A DNA stretch of 64,000 nt from Thermodesulfobium acidiphilum (lineage in GTDB: Bacteria > Thermodesulfobiota > Thermodesulfobiia > Thermodesulfobiales > Thermodesulfobiaceae), in assembly GCF_003057965.1 (NCBI RefSeq), contig NZ_CP020921.1:918916-982915 (forward strand), written 5' to 3'. The notes under the pieces were generated by a model. That model was not told the DNA's origin. It saw nothing but the letters and a program-made list of their open reading frames with translations, and made no database searches. The translations under genes and the position numbers were made by a program. Positions 48,322 through 58,237 of this stretch are shown here, piece after piece (the stretch's first letter is position 1; each line of letters opens with the position of its first letter).

Positions 48322-49248
48322 TTAATCATATTTTTTATTCCACCAGCTCTTGTGCATACTGAATTTCTTAACCAGAAATTTTGGCAATATTTTATAATTC
48401 ATACCAAGTTTATAGCCAGCGTATTTTAAAAAGTTTCTAATAATGTATTCAGGCAAAAATTGATATAGCCCATTTTTGATTAAGAAATTTAATTCTGATT
48501 TTATATATCTTTTGCCCTCTCCCTGTGCACTGCCAAACTCTTCCAAAAGCCATCTTTCAGAATTGTGAAAGACGCCTATATCAAAATACCTCCTGAACTC
48601 CTCAAAGACATTATAATTATGAGAATGAAAGACTATTGCCTTTGGCTCATAAATTATCTTATACCCAGCCTTCAAAAGCAAAGCACCTGCATAAGTATCT
48701 TCTCCCATTATCAGTCTCTCTTTGAAATAACCTATTTTATCAAGAGCACTCTTTCTGTACGCACAAAAAGAATTTGACATAAAAGCTGTTTTTATGCCGT
48801 ATTTATCTTTATCTTTATATTTTTTTACTAAAAACTCTTCAGGATAGTTAAAAAGTCTTAGATGTCTTCCAAAAGGGTTGGTATTTTCATAACAAATTTG
48901 TCTGCCATAAACAGCGCCAACACTGCTTTCTTTGAAGTGTAATATTAAATTTGATATTGAACGATCATCAAATAGCAGTGCGTCTTGTGTAAAAAAAATT
49001 AAAATATCTCCAGTTGCTAACTTAGCTGCGTATGAACGCGTGCCACCATGGTCGAATTCCTTTTTTGGAATAACATAAACCTTTGCTCCAAATTTCTTAG
49101 CTAACTTAACAGTATCGTCAGTGGAAGAAGAATCAATCACTATAATTTCTGATTTCTCACCACATATTTTTAAATTTTCACTTAATCTCTGAAGAAATCT
49201 TTCGATATACTTCTCAGCATTATAAGTTGGCAAAATTATACTTAACAT
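48322..49248 (-). CDS. GT2 glycosyltransferase, rhamnosyltransferase-like
   Basis: IDSSSTD, FDHGGTR, TQDA, SNSF, EFRRYFDIG. Confidence 0.88.
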   Translation of the reverse strand: MLSIILPTYNAEKYIERFLQRLSENLKICGEKSEIIVIDSSSTDDTVKLAKKFGAKVYVIPKKEFDHGGTRSYAAKLATGDILIFFTQDALLFDDRSISNLILHFKESSVGAVYGRQICYENTNPFGRHLRLFNYPEEFLVKKYKDKDKYGIKTAFMSNSFCAYRKSALDKIGYFKERLIMGEDTYAGALLLKAGYKIIYEPKAIVFHSHNYNVFEEFRRYFDIGVFHNSERWLLEEFGSAQGEGKRYIKSELNFLIKNGLYQFLPEYIIRNFLKYAGYKLGMNYKILPKFLVKKFSMHKSWWNKKYD

Positions 49249-50270
49249 AATATTTTATTAATCAACCCTAGAACTTCATCTACTTCTATAGACTTCATAC
49301 ATATATACTCATCAGATGTATTCAAACATTTTGGTTTATTAAAACACGGATAAAATTTGCAAACAGAACTCCCTTTTGAAATAACATAGCAATTTTTTGG
49401 CTTCCATATTTCCCAGTCATTTCCTCCACTTATCATGATGCTCTTGACGCCAAGGGCGCTGGAAGCATGAATAGAAAAACTATCAAGACCTATTAAGAGA
49501 GAGCATTTAGAGAGATTTATGAAAAATTCATTTAATGTGGTTGTCTTAATAAAAACTCTTTTTTCATCGACAGCTGCCTTGAAGACTTTATTAAGTAAAG
49601 AAAGCTCATTATTCGAACCAAAAATCCAAATTGTATATGCCCTTTTTAAGATATTTATTAACTTTTCCCATTTATGAAAATCCCATAATTTACAATCCTG
49701 ACTTGCCATTGGATGTATGCCAATTATTTTAGGTGACTTTTCATTTTTAGCCTTTATATATATCTTTGGAGGCAAGACTTTAGTGCAACCCAGCTTTGAT
49801 GAGATAAAATCTTGAATATCATAAATATTTTTAACCTCAACGGGTATACTGATACACTTATCAGTAAACAGACAATTATTTAATCTAATCAGGTTTCTAA
49901 AGGGATGAGATTTTTCGAATTTAATTGAAATGTTTAATTTTGGCTTCATCATCTTGCCAAGCAGATTCTCTCTTATATCTCCAATATTATTTAAAATGAA
50001 ATCATATTTATTTTTAGACAAAAGATTTATAATTTTAATAAGTTTAAAAAGTTCTTTACAATTAAAATTTTTATTTGTGCCCATAGGAAAATTAGCAAAG
50101 TAAATGTTATTTACATAAGGATTATTCTCAAATATTTCCTTAAAATCATATCTCGTCAAGAGGTCAATCTTATAATCAGAAAAATTACTTCCAAAAGAGT
50201 TAATTAAAGAAGTAGAAATTATTGCATCGCCAAAATTTCTGGCTGAAATTATCAAAATTCTTTTACTCAT
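49242..50270 (-). CDS. GT9 (heptosyltransferase-like) glycosyltransferase
   Basis: FGDAI, IHPMAS, GLDSFSIHASSALG, C-terminal Cys cluster. Confidence 0.85.
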   Translation of the reverse strand: MSKRILIISARNFGDAIISTSLINSFGSNFSDYKIDLLTRYDFKEIFENNPYVNNIYFANFPMGTNKNFNCKELFKLIKIINLLSKNKYDFILNNIGDIRENLLGKMMKPKLNISIKFEKSHPFRNLIRLNNCLFTDKCISIPVEVKNIYDIQDFISSKLGCTKVLPPKIYIKAKNEKSPKIIGIHPMASQDCKLWDFHKWEKLINILKRAYTIWIFGSNNELSLLNKVFKAAVDEKRVFIKTTTLNEFFINLSKCSLLIGLDSFSIHASSALGVKSIMISGGNDWEIWKPKNCYVISKGSSVCKFYPCFNKPKCLNTSDEYICMKSIEVDEVLGLINKILC

Positions 50271-51411
50271 TACATAAGCTTCCCCTAATTAATTCTATCG
50301 ATCTATCAAAAACCGTTTTAGGCTTTATCATTTTCATACAAACATTGTTTTCACAATTAATTTTATAACACTTCTCACACTCTACATCCATCTTAATGAT
50401 ACTAACATTTCCAAAAACTTCAATTGGCCTAAAAACATTAAAATCAACTACTCCACTATATAAGGCAACAGTTCTTACACCCAGCATTGCCGCAGCATGA
50501 GTAGGACCGCTATCCAAACCGATAAATAGATAAGAATTCCTTAAAACAGAAAAAAGTTCCATCAAAGTCGTTTTGTTTGCTAGATTTATTAGGTTTTTAT
50601 TGACAAGCCTATCATACTCTTTTGACTCGTCTGGCGAAATCTTACCAACTAAAACCACAATATAGCCTTCATTTAAAAACATATTAATTAGCTTTATGAA
50701 ATTCCCAGTCTCCCAATCCTTCGAACGAGCGCCAGTTTGACCCACAGCAATCACTATATATTTATCTTTCTTGACAGGATTAGGAGCTTTCAAATCATAA
50801 TAGCTATCTAACTTTCTAATCTCAGGAATTTTAATTTTGAAAAATTCTAAGAACTTATTGTAGGTCTCTGTAATATGCTCCCCATAAGGATATTCGAGCA
50901 CTCTGTCAAGCAAAAATCCTGCACCGCCCACATCGAAACCTATTAAGTATTTATAATGTGAGAAGAATTTTATAAAAGGGATAATGTTTATGTCCCCTCT
51001 TACCTCAAGAACTATATCAGCGTTTATTTTCGAAAAGGATTTTATAGCAGAATGGATAGAGTTATCTTTTGACCTTGAATAAATTTTTCTTGGGTGTTCT
51101 AAGACTATTACTTCATCTACGCCTTTTAAATTTGACGCAAGCTCAAGGGTGTTCTTATTAATAGCAATGATAAGCTTGCCATAAAAATTCTTTCTAATCT
51201 CACTGATCATTGGCGTACTGAGCAAAAAGTCACCAATGTGTCCCATTTGAACAATACAGATAGACTTATAGTTATTCATATCCAGATTATCAAGATCGGC
51301 TTTGTATTTACAAAAAAATCTATACCCAAAAAAATCTATAAATTTCTTTATAGGAGTCATTTTAGAATTAGAATTTAGATATATAATTTTTCTATTTATG
51401 AATTTATCCAT
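50263..51411 (-). CDS. GT9 (heptosyltransferase-like) glycosyltransferase
   Basis: HIGDFLLSTP, DSGPTHAAAMLG, CEKC...C...CM. Confidence 0.88.
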   Translation of the reverse strand: MDKFINRKIIYLNSNSKMTPIKKFIDFFGYRFFCKYKADLDNLDMNNYKSICIVQMGHIGDFLLSTPMISEIRKNFYGKLIIAINKNTLELASNLKGVDEVIVLEHPRKIYSRSKDNSIHSAIKSFSKINADIVLEVRGDINIIPFIKFFSHYKYLIGFDVGGAGFLLDRVLEYPYGEHITETYNKFLEFFKIKIPEIRKLDSYYDLKAPNPVKKDKYIVIAVGQTGARSKDWETGNFIKLINMFLNEGYIVVLVGKISPDESKEYDRLVNKNLINLANKTTLMELFSVLRNSYLFIGLDSGPTHAAAMLGVRTVALYSGVVDFNVFRPIEVFGNVSIIKMDVECEKCYKINCENNVCMKMIKPKTVFDRSIELIRGSLCNE

Positions 51412-52505
51412 TCTGGTTTTCCCATTTTCCCTCTAATTCCATCAAAAACTGCAATTAATAGAAATTTAATTCTCTTAAGTTTTTCATCGTCGTAGATAAT
51501 TATTCCAAATATCAGCCTTAATACAAGATAAAAATTTATAATAAGAAATAAATAGAAATAAAAAGTTCCAAAAAACTTTTTAGTGAAATAAATTCTATTT
51601 CTTAAGTGTAAGCAAGGAGTTTGTAAAAACCTTTTAAAATTATTCCTTAAACTCTTCCTTCCAAAGAAGCTCTTTATAGTACCATTACCTGTACTTGCAC
51701 CAACTTTATGATATAGCATAGATTTACAACAGCAAAAAATCTTCCAACCGTGCTTTCTTGCCATGTAGCAAAAGTCATCCTCTTCCACCTGCATAAAATA
51801 ATTTTCATCGAAAAAACCAGTTTCAATTAAGCACTCTTTTCTTGCTATTATGCTTGCACCAAATAAAGCGCCCTCGATCTCAAAACTTTTTATACAATTT
51901 TGAGAATCTTTGGTATTAAAAGAAATCCATTTAAAAGAATTGTTGTCCCAGGGTATTATTTTTTTACAACCGCATAATGCCTGAATAGTAGATATATTAT
52001 AGTAATATAATATTTTTGATCCTACCAAACCAATTTTATTGTCATAATCAAATACTTCTAAAGCATGAGTTAGAGCGTTGTTGTCTACGACTGTGTCATT
52101 ATTTAAAAACCAAAAAAAATCAACATCACCCTTCTTTAACACATATTTAATGCCCAGATTATTGCCGAATGAAAATCCGCCGTTGTAGCCCGATTGTATA
52201 AAGATCAAGCCATCGTCATTAAGTACTGACCTGCTTTCAAATTCACTGTCTTTATATAGAGTATATTGAACAGGTTTTGAGATAGGAGGAAAGGAAAGTT
52301 TTCTAAGGGGATTTTCAGGATCTATCCAGACATCTAGTTTTCCCTCAGCCCATAATTTCAGATATTCAATTGAATTATTTAACGAGTGGTTATCAACGAC
52401 GACTATCTGAAAGTTTGGATACTTTAGCTTGAATAAGCTCTCAATACACTCAATAGTATCATGCCAATTGTTATAATTTACAAGTACGACATAAACTTTG
52501 TTAAT
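51396..52505 (-). CDS. GT2 glycosyltransferase, ATT start overlapping upstream stop
   Basis: Frame extends 99 codons upstream of the track ORF to (I/M)NKVYVVLVNYNNWHDTIECIESL...VVVDNHS; LNNDT, GAS and EEDD motifs. Confidence 0.88.
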   Translation of the reverse strand: MNKVYVVLVNYNNWHDTIECIESLFKLKYPNFQIVVVDNHSLNNSIEYLKLWAEGKLDVWIDPENPLRKLSFPPISKPVQYTLYKDSEFESRSVLNDDGLIFIQSGYNGGFSFGNNLGIKYVLKKGDVDFFWFLNNDTVVDNNALTHALEVFDYDNKIGLVGSKILYYYNISTIQALCGCKKIIPWDNNSFKWISFNTKDSQNCIKSFEIEGALFGASIIARKECLIETGFFDENYFMQVEEDDFCYMARKHGWKIFCCCKSMLYHKVGASTGNGTIKSFFGRKSLRNNFKRFLQTPCLHLRNRIYFTKKFFGTFYFYLFLIINFYLVLRLIFGIIIYDDEKLKRIKFLLIAVFDGIRGKMGKPEWINS

Positions 52506-52788
52506 TTTTTGCCCCTCTAATGCCCAGCATTGTCCTTACCACGCCAGGAATACCGGGCGGCACAAGCCCTACCCTATCTCCTGGTCTAATCTTTTCTTTC
52601 AACCCACACGTGTTGTGATTTATAAATATAGCCTCCACATCTTCCTCGTTAAGTTTTAACATTTTAAGAAGTTCATAACCATCTATTTCTTTATCCAGAT
52701 CCAAGATATAAGGCTGATTCCAGCCTCTTTCTTGAAAAAGTCTATATAGACTTGCAAAAGCTCTTATCTCAATGTTATTTCTGTTCAC
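52501..52788 (-). CDS. MoaD/ThiS-fold protein lacking C-terminal Gly-Gly
   Basis: IEIRAFASL, VEAIFIN, PGDRVGLVPPGIPG plus C-terminal tail. Confidence 0.8.
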   Translation of the reverse strand: MNRNNIEIRAFASLYRLFQERGWNQPYILDLDKEIDGYELLKMLKLNEEDVEAIFINHNTCGLKEKIRPGDRVGLVPPGIPGVVRTMLGIRGAKN

Positions 52789-53015
52789 AACTCACCCCAA
52801 ACAACTAAAAATAAGCTTAACATTTATAGTATATAACAATTTAATTAAACCTTTCATTAACATTTTCTGACAGAGTTCTATTTCTTAAAAATGCTCACAA
52901 AAATGTAAAATGACAAAATAAAAATTAAATTTGACAATAGAATATTTTTAATATAAATTTAATCACGTATTTTTAATATAAATAACAATCTTTAAAGCAA
53001 AGGAGAATAGAATTA

Positions 53016-53777
53016 ATGAATATTATACATGCTATTATACTGGGCATTGTCGAAGGTCTACTAGAATTTCTGCCTGTCTCTGCAGCTGGAAACCTTACTC
53101 TTGTTGGAAGACTCTTATCAATCCCATCATCTGATTTTATAAAAATTTATGAAATTGTTATGCAGTTAGGTGCAGTTATTGCGGTACTAATTTTATACGC
53201 AAAAAGACTTTTGGTTGATCATGAAACTGTAAAAAAGGTAATTGTAGCCTTTATTCCTACAGGAATTATCGGGCTGCTCGTTTATAAAATAGTTAAAAAC
53301 TTTCTTTTATATAACGATACAATAACAGTATTTTCTCTCATTATCGGCGGCATAATCATACTTCTGGTCGAATACAAGAAGATTAAACCTTCTACTCTAA
53401 ATATTTCAAATATTAGCTACAAGCAAGCTATAGCAATTGGATTTATCCAAACCCTTGCATTTATACCCGGAGTATCACGTTCTGGAGCTACAATTGTAGG
53501 TGCAATGCTACTTGGCATAGAAAGAAAGGCAGCAGTAGAATTTTCTTTCTTACTTGCTATTCCTACAATCCTAGCAGCAGGTTCATACGCGTTATTAAAG
53601 GATCACTCAGCTCTTACAGGGCCAAATCTTTTACCAATGGCAGTTAGCTTTATAACAGCTCTGATATTCGCAATAATTTCAGTAAAAACCTTTTTAAAAT
53701 TCATCTCAACCAACAACCTAAAACCGTTTGGATTTTATAGAATAATAGTTGGGGTGCTTTACTCGGTCTTTAGATAA
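53016..53777 (+). CDS. uppP: Undecaprenyl-diphosphatase (BacA/UppP) homolog with altered catalytic motif
   Basis: VEGLLEFLPVSAAGN, QLGA, PGVSRSGATI, EFSFLLAIP, FGFYR. Confidence 0.9.
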   Translation: MNIIHAIILGIVEGLLEFLPVSAAGNLTLVGRLLSIPSSDFIKIYEIVMQLGAVIAVLILYAKRLLVDHETVKKVIVAFIPTGIIGLLVYKIVKNFLLYNDTITVFSLIIGGIIILLVEYKKIKPSTLNISNISYKQAIAIGFIQTLAFIPGVSRSGATIVGAMLLGIERKAAVEFSFLLAIPTILAAGSYALLKDHSALTGPNLLPMAVSFITALIFAIISVKTFLKFISTNNLKPFGFYRIIVGVLYSVFR

Positions 53778-53778
53778 G

Positions 53779-54984
53779 CTAAATATGAATCATCATAAAA
53801 ACATTTAACACAATACTGACTATCGCAGTAGTAAGAATTACCCATAAAGGGCTAACTTTTAATGATAGTGCAGTAAATGAAGCTACCAATATAACAAATT
53901 GCTTTATATCCCAACTAATCAAAGTCGCAAAGGTAAAGGTAACGTTTATCAATAATCCTACAAATGAGCTCAATATGCTCATAATTATCCTCTGGAATAT
54001 CCAGAAATTTTTCAATTTGCTAAATATAGGCTCTACTGTGATGAGGACAATCAAGGCAGGCAGATAGATGCTAATCATTGCAATTACTGCACCTAAAATT
54101 CCGAATGTCACAAACCCTATAAATACCGATACCATACCAGGACCTGGAGTAACTCTTCCAAATATCATGCCATCGAGAAAGGTTTGAGGAGAAATCAGGT
54201 GATATTTTTCTACTATCTCTTTAAACATCAGTGATGTCCCAGAATAACCGCTTCCAAAAGATACTATGCTTATTTTGACAAACGAAGATGAAAGATTATA
54301 AAGATGTTTGTTATAGAAAAATGAAAATAAAAGTACTGATGTTAAAATTAAGAACATAAATAAAATCGATTTCAAATTTTTAAATACAACATATCTACCT
54401 TCAACAGTGCTATCTTGTTTTAAATTTACTTTAATATTGTTAAAAAGGAAAAGTCCTAAGATAGCTGAAAGAAAAATTGTCATAAATGAGCTGAATTTTA
54501 GCCAAAAAAGTATCGTGCCAATTATAGCTATTAGAAAAGACTTTGAGTTCTTGATATTCATTTTTCCAATAACAAAGGAAGCTTGAATCATCAATGCAAC
54601 TACCACCGTTTGAAGATTCATAAATATGTCCTTTGTAAAGTCTGAACCCTTTGTAAGGATATAAAAATAAGAGAAAAAGATAATAAACAAAAATGAAGGC
54701 GCCATAAAACCGACAAGACTAACAGCTGCGCCAGAAATTCCTTGCAACTTCAGCCCAATATAACTGCAAAGCTGAATTATAGTAGCACCAGGAATAGTCT
54801 GACAAAGAGCTAACCCATCTAGAAATTCCTTATCGCTAAACCACTGTTTTTCTTTAACAATCTTTTTATTTATATTTACAATCATCAGCAAACCGCCAAA
54901 AGCAGTCAATCCGAGATATAAGAAAGTCTTGAATATCTCCTTTAAATCTGGAGATGTAAATTTAGGAGTATCTAAAGATTTCAA
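53779..54984 (-). CDS. chrA: Chromate transporter (ChrA, long-chain)
   Basis: GLTAFGG, LCQTIPG, SFGSGY, TPGP; duplicated halves. Confidence 0.88.
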   Translation of the reverse strand: MKSLDTPKFTSPDLKEIFKTFLYLGLTAFGGLLMIVNINKKIVKEKQWFSDKEFLDGLALCQTIPGATIIQLCSYIGLKLQGISGAAVSLVGFMAPSFLFIIFFSYFYILTKGSDFTKDIFMNLQTVVVALMIQASFVIGKMNIKNSKSFLIAIIGTILFWLKFSSFMTIFLSAILGLFLFNNIKVNLKQDSTVEGRYVVFKNLKSILFMFLILTSVLLFSFFYNKHLYNLSSSFVKISIVSFGSGYSGTSLMFKEIVEKYHLISPQTFLDGMIFGRVTPGPGMVSVFIGFVTFGILGAVIAMISIYLPALIVLITVEPIFSKLKNFWIFQRIIMSILSSFVGLLINVTFTFATLISWDIKQFVILVASFTALSLKVSPLWVILTTAIVSIVLNVFMMIHI

Positions 54985-55067
54985 ATTATATTGAGATATA
55001 TTAAACCCTCAATTCGGCATTTTATTTTTAAATATATTAACACCTTATTTAATTTTTAATTACCGAG

Positions 55068-55096
55068 TAAAAGAGAGGGCGAAATTTCACGCCCTC
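55068..55096 (-). terminator. Intrinsic terminator
   Basis: GAGGGCG-TGAAATTT-CGCCCTC followed by TCTTTT on the minus strand. Confidence 0.75.
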
Positions 55097-55119
55097 AAGG
55101 TTTTAATATAGAAAAAAAT

Positions 55120-55248
55120 TTAGTGATGCCACTCGTAATAGCCGTAATTATAATAGTGTTCATGATGGCGATGATACCAATACCAGTCATGATGACAGTT
55201 GCAATTGTTATCAGGAGTTAAAATAATCTCTACATCAGCACTTAAAGA
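55120..55248 (-). pseudogene. Start-less His/Tyr/Trp-rich 42-codon frame
   Basis: SLSADVEIILTPDNNCNCHHDWYWYHRHHEHYYNYGYYEWHH-stop, in frame directly after the TAA of 55249..56517. Confidence 0.6.
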
Positions 55249-56517
55249 TTATTTTTTATAGCAACTCAAATTATAAATACCCAGCCTGTGAGATTCTTCA
55301 TAAATATTTACTGCATGCTCTTCTTTATCAAAATAATAAATACACTGTGAATTAAGGTTTGAATCGTATTTAATGAGATTTCTAACTCCATTTGGCATAG
55401 CAATAGAAAAAATAAGTACAGATAATCCTAAAGCAAAAATATAAATACGATTGTTTAACTTATTATCTTTATCTGGCAAAATTGATAAATAATTAGAAGA
55501 AAGTAAAATAATCGGATACATAGTATATCTTGAGCTCAATGCCTGCCAGATGCCAAAATGAGCTCTATCAATTGCAGCAGCAAAAGCAGTAAGAACAACA
55601 GCTAGCAAAATCAATATTTGGAATTCGCATTGCTTCTTAAAAGCAATATAAATTGAGCAAAGAAAAAAAATTAAACCAACTATATATTCATATCTTGTCA
55701 AAACCTTAATATTACCAATAAAGTTTAGAACATAAATTAATATATCAGAGAAGTGTTTGAGAAAATATGAAAATGAAGTAACAGAAGATGTAAAACGATA
55801 ATCGAAGAATACAAAATAAAAATATGAGTTCAGCAAAAATAAAATAGTTGTAACAATTGCTTCTTTATTCCTTTTCTTAAAAAATAAATAAATTACTGCA
55901 GGTAAATAGAAAATAAGCCCACCACCGCCAGTCCATACTCCCAAAAGAAGAAAAAATTGATATAACAGTGCATTTTTGATTGAAAATTTATAAATTAAAA
56001 AATAATATGAAAGAAGCAAAAACAATACCTGGTAGTATTGCTGAATTGACGCCATCGACCATGACATTAAAGTATGGGTCAAAAATGAAAAAAATATAAT
56101 TGAAATGGGCAAAAGATATTTATAATTATTGCACTTCTTTTTATAAAGCTTATAAATTACGAAAAATGATAATACCCAACCAAGATTTCCGACAATAGAA
56201 AGCACATAAAAATTTACCTTGCCCATAATACAGTATTGCAACAGTTCAATTATTCTATTGAAAAATATCCTGTGTTCGTTGTGTTGAGAGAACAAAAGCC
56301 AGATTTTCTCGCCAAGATTATTGCTAGTAATGAATCTATTTAGAAAGCCTAAAACTGCATCGTAGTCATCATCAGCAGGTATGTTTATAGAAAAAACTAA
56401 AACTGCTGCAATATAAATTGCTAATGGAAATAATGCTAACCACAGATAAATTTTATCTCTGAATTCATCTACAAGACTAAATTTCTTAAAAATATCTTTT
56501 AAGCACTGCATACACAT
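55249..56517 (-). CDS. Polytopic membrane protein, GT-C-like glycosyl transferase candidate
   Basis: NIPADDDY, SQHNEHRI, ALSSRY; many TM segments; end of gtrA-GT2 operon; exact start uncertain. Confidence 0.7.
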   Translation of the reverse strand: MCMQCLKDIFKKFSLVDEFRDKIYLWLALFPLAIYIAAVLVFSINIPADDDYDAVLGFLNRFITSNNLGEKIWLLFSQHNEHRIFFNRIIELLQYCIMGKVNFYVLSIVGNLGWVLSFFVIYKLYKKKCNNYKYLLPISIIFFSFLTHTLMSWSMASIQQYYQVLFLLLSYYFLIYKFSIKNALLYQFFLLLGVWTGGGGLIFYLPAVIYLFFKKRNKEAIVTTILFLLNSYFYFVFFDYRFTSSVTSFSYFLKHFSDILIYVLNFIGNIKVLTRYEYIVGLIFFLCSIYIAFKKQCEFQILILLAVVLTAFAAAIDRAHFGIWQALSSRYTMYPIILLSSNYLSILPDKDNKLNNRIYIFALGLSVLIFSIAMPNGVRNLIKYDSNLNSQCIYYFDKEEHAVNIYEESHRLGIYNLSCYKK

Positions 56518-57196
56518 ACCACTTAATATATTTTGGAAGCCATCTAAAGAGCTTAAAGTTAGATTTGCCCTCAGATCTATCTTTCCAGGTAGAAGGAACT
56601 TCAGTTATCTTTCCGCCATTTAAGAAGGTCTTTACAGTAATCTCCATACCTATCTCAAAGCCACCAGTACTCTCTATATTTATCCTTTTTAAGGCATTCC
56701 TGCTGTACATCTTGAAGCTGTTTGTTACGTCGTGGGTAGGTATGCCTGTAAGGTAATGAAGGCTGATGCCTGCCAATCTCGATAGAAGGCCTTTAAGCTT
56801 TGGACCTCCAAGTTGAGCACCGCCTTTCATATACCTTGAGCCGCAAACCACGTCATATCCATTTCTTATTAGGTCAAACATCTTATCTGTTACAGATAAG
56901 TCATCAGAGAGATCTGCCATCACTACCAGGACTGCATCTTCAGTAGACTCCTCTATACCTGTCTTTATGGCATTTAGAGCACCTTTGCCGTATTTATTTC
57001 TCAAGAGAGATACTTTGTAATCACCTAAATTAACGCTTTTTAGTGCCTTTAGGGTAGTATCCTCATCAAAGTCATATACGATGTAGATTCTGTTGTATGA
57101 CTTTATCTTATTCTTTATTTCGCTTAACGTTTTAAGGATGTTGTCCCCTTCGTTGTAAACGGGGACTACAATTCCTAAGGTTATTTCATGGTTCAA
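56486..57196 (-). CDS. Polyprenyl-phosphate glycosyltransferase (GT2, Dpm1/GtrB-like)
   Basis: VPVYNE, MADLSD, GSRY, HDVTNSFK, RSEGKS. Confidence 0.88.
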   Translation of the reverse strand: MNHEITLGIVVPVYNEGDNILKTLSEIKNKIKSYNRIYIVYDFDEDTTLKALKSVNLGDYKVSLLRNKYGKGALNAIKTGIEESTEDAVLVVMADLSDDLSVTDKMFDLIRNGYDVVCGSRYMKGGAQLGGPKLKGLLSRLAGISLHYLTGIPTHDVTNSFKMYSRNALKRINIESTGGFEIGMEITVKTFLNGGKITEVPSTWKDRSEGKSNFKLFRWLPKYIKWYVYAVLKRYF

Positions 57197-58219
57197 TTAG
57201 ACCTTACCCAGCTCAATTTGTTTTTTTATCCATGGGATTATCTCGTCTAAGGCCTCTTCCAGGGTTACCTTGGCCTCAAAGTTTAGAAGCCTCTTTGCCT
57301 TTGATACGTCAGGAGATCTCTTCTGAACGTCGTATGGAAATGGCTCATCTGATACATATCTGAAGGGTTTTGAATTGCCATGGATCTTTTTCCAGATAAT
57401 CTGAGCCAGTTCAAGTACAGTGTGAGCTTTAGCGGTAGATATGTTAAAGTCCTCGTTTACGGCATTTTCGCTTTCAATGCAATATCTGATACCCCTTGCA
57501 AGGTCTCCTCCATAGGTATAGTGTCTGAGTTGATTTCCACTACCAAGTATGTGAAGGGGATCTTGGCCCTTTAGGACCTTTTGGACCAGATCTGGGACTA
57601 CGTGGCTCATAGCAAGTTTTACGTTGCCAGACATAACGCTCTCATCTGAAAGAGCTCTTCTCTCCCCTATTCCAATGCAGTTAAAGGGCCTGATAATGGT
57701 GTATGGGAGTCTGTATTGTTCCCATGCTCCCTGAGCAAAGTATTCGCATGCAAGTTTCTGAAAGCCGTATGTGGAAGATGGAGGCGGACACTTTCTCTCT
57801 TCTCCCTCTGGAGTAGGAAATACCGATGTGTTTTCAAATACCATAGAGGATGAAAGTACGTTTATCTTCTTTAATTTCTTGTTTTTAAATGCCCATATAG
57901 CAGCGTCAAAGGTAGATGCTATAATCCTTTCGTTTTCAGCCAAGAGATCGTATGCAAACTTGTGAAAATATGGTATGCCTCCTATCATAGCAGCTCCTGC
58001 TACCACCTGATCGCAGTCAGAGATTAGCTCCTTTAAGAGTTCTGTATTCTTTACGTCTCCTTTTACAAGCCTATACTTTGAATTTGTATCATAGCTTTTA
58101 GATAGCTCACCGTATTTTGAAAAGTTATCTATTCCTACTACCTCATGGCCGTTGTTCAAAAGCTCTTCTACAAGATATCCTCCTACAAAACCAGCAGATC
58201 CAGTTACAAGTATCTTCAT
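57197..58219 (-). CDS. NAD-dependent epimerase/dehydratase/decarboxylase (extended SDR)
   Basis: TGSAGFVG, SSSMV, YGFQK, RPFN. Confidence 0.92.
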   Translation of the reverse strand: MKILVTGSAGFVGGYLVEELLNNGHEVVGIDNFSKYGELSKSYDTNSKYRLVKGDVKNTELLKELISDCDQVVAGAAMIGGIPYFHKFAYDLLAENERIIASTFDAAIWAFKNKKLKKINVLSSSMVFENTSVFPTPEGEERKCPPPSSTYGFQKLACEYFAQGAWEQYRLPYTIIRPFNCIGIGERRALSDESVMSGNVKLAMSHVVPDLVQKVLKGQDPLHILGSGNQLRHYTYGGDLARGIRYCIESENAVNEDFNISTAKAHTVLELAQIIWKKIHGNSKPFRYVSDEPFPYDVQKRSPDVSKAKRLLNFEAKVTLEEALDEIIPWIKKQIELGKV

Positions 58220-58237
58220 TAAATTAGCCTCCTAAAA

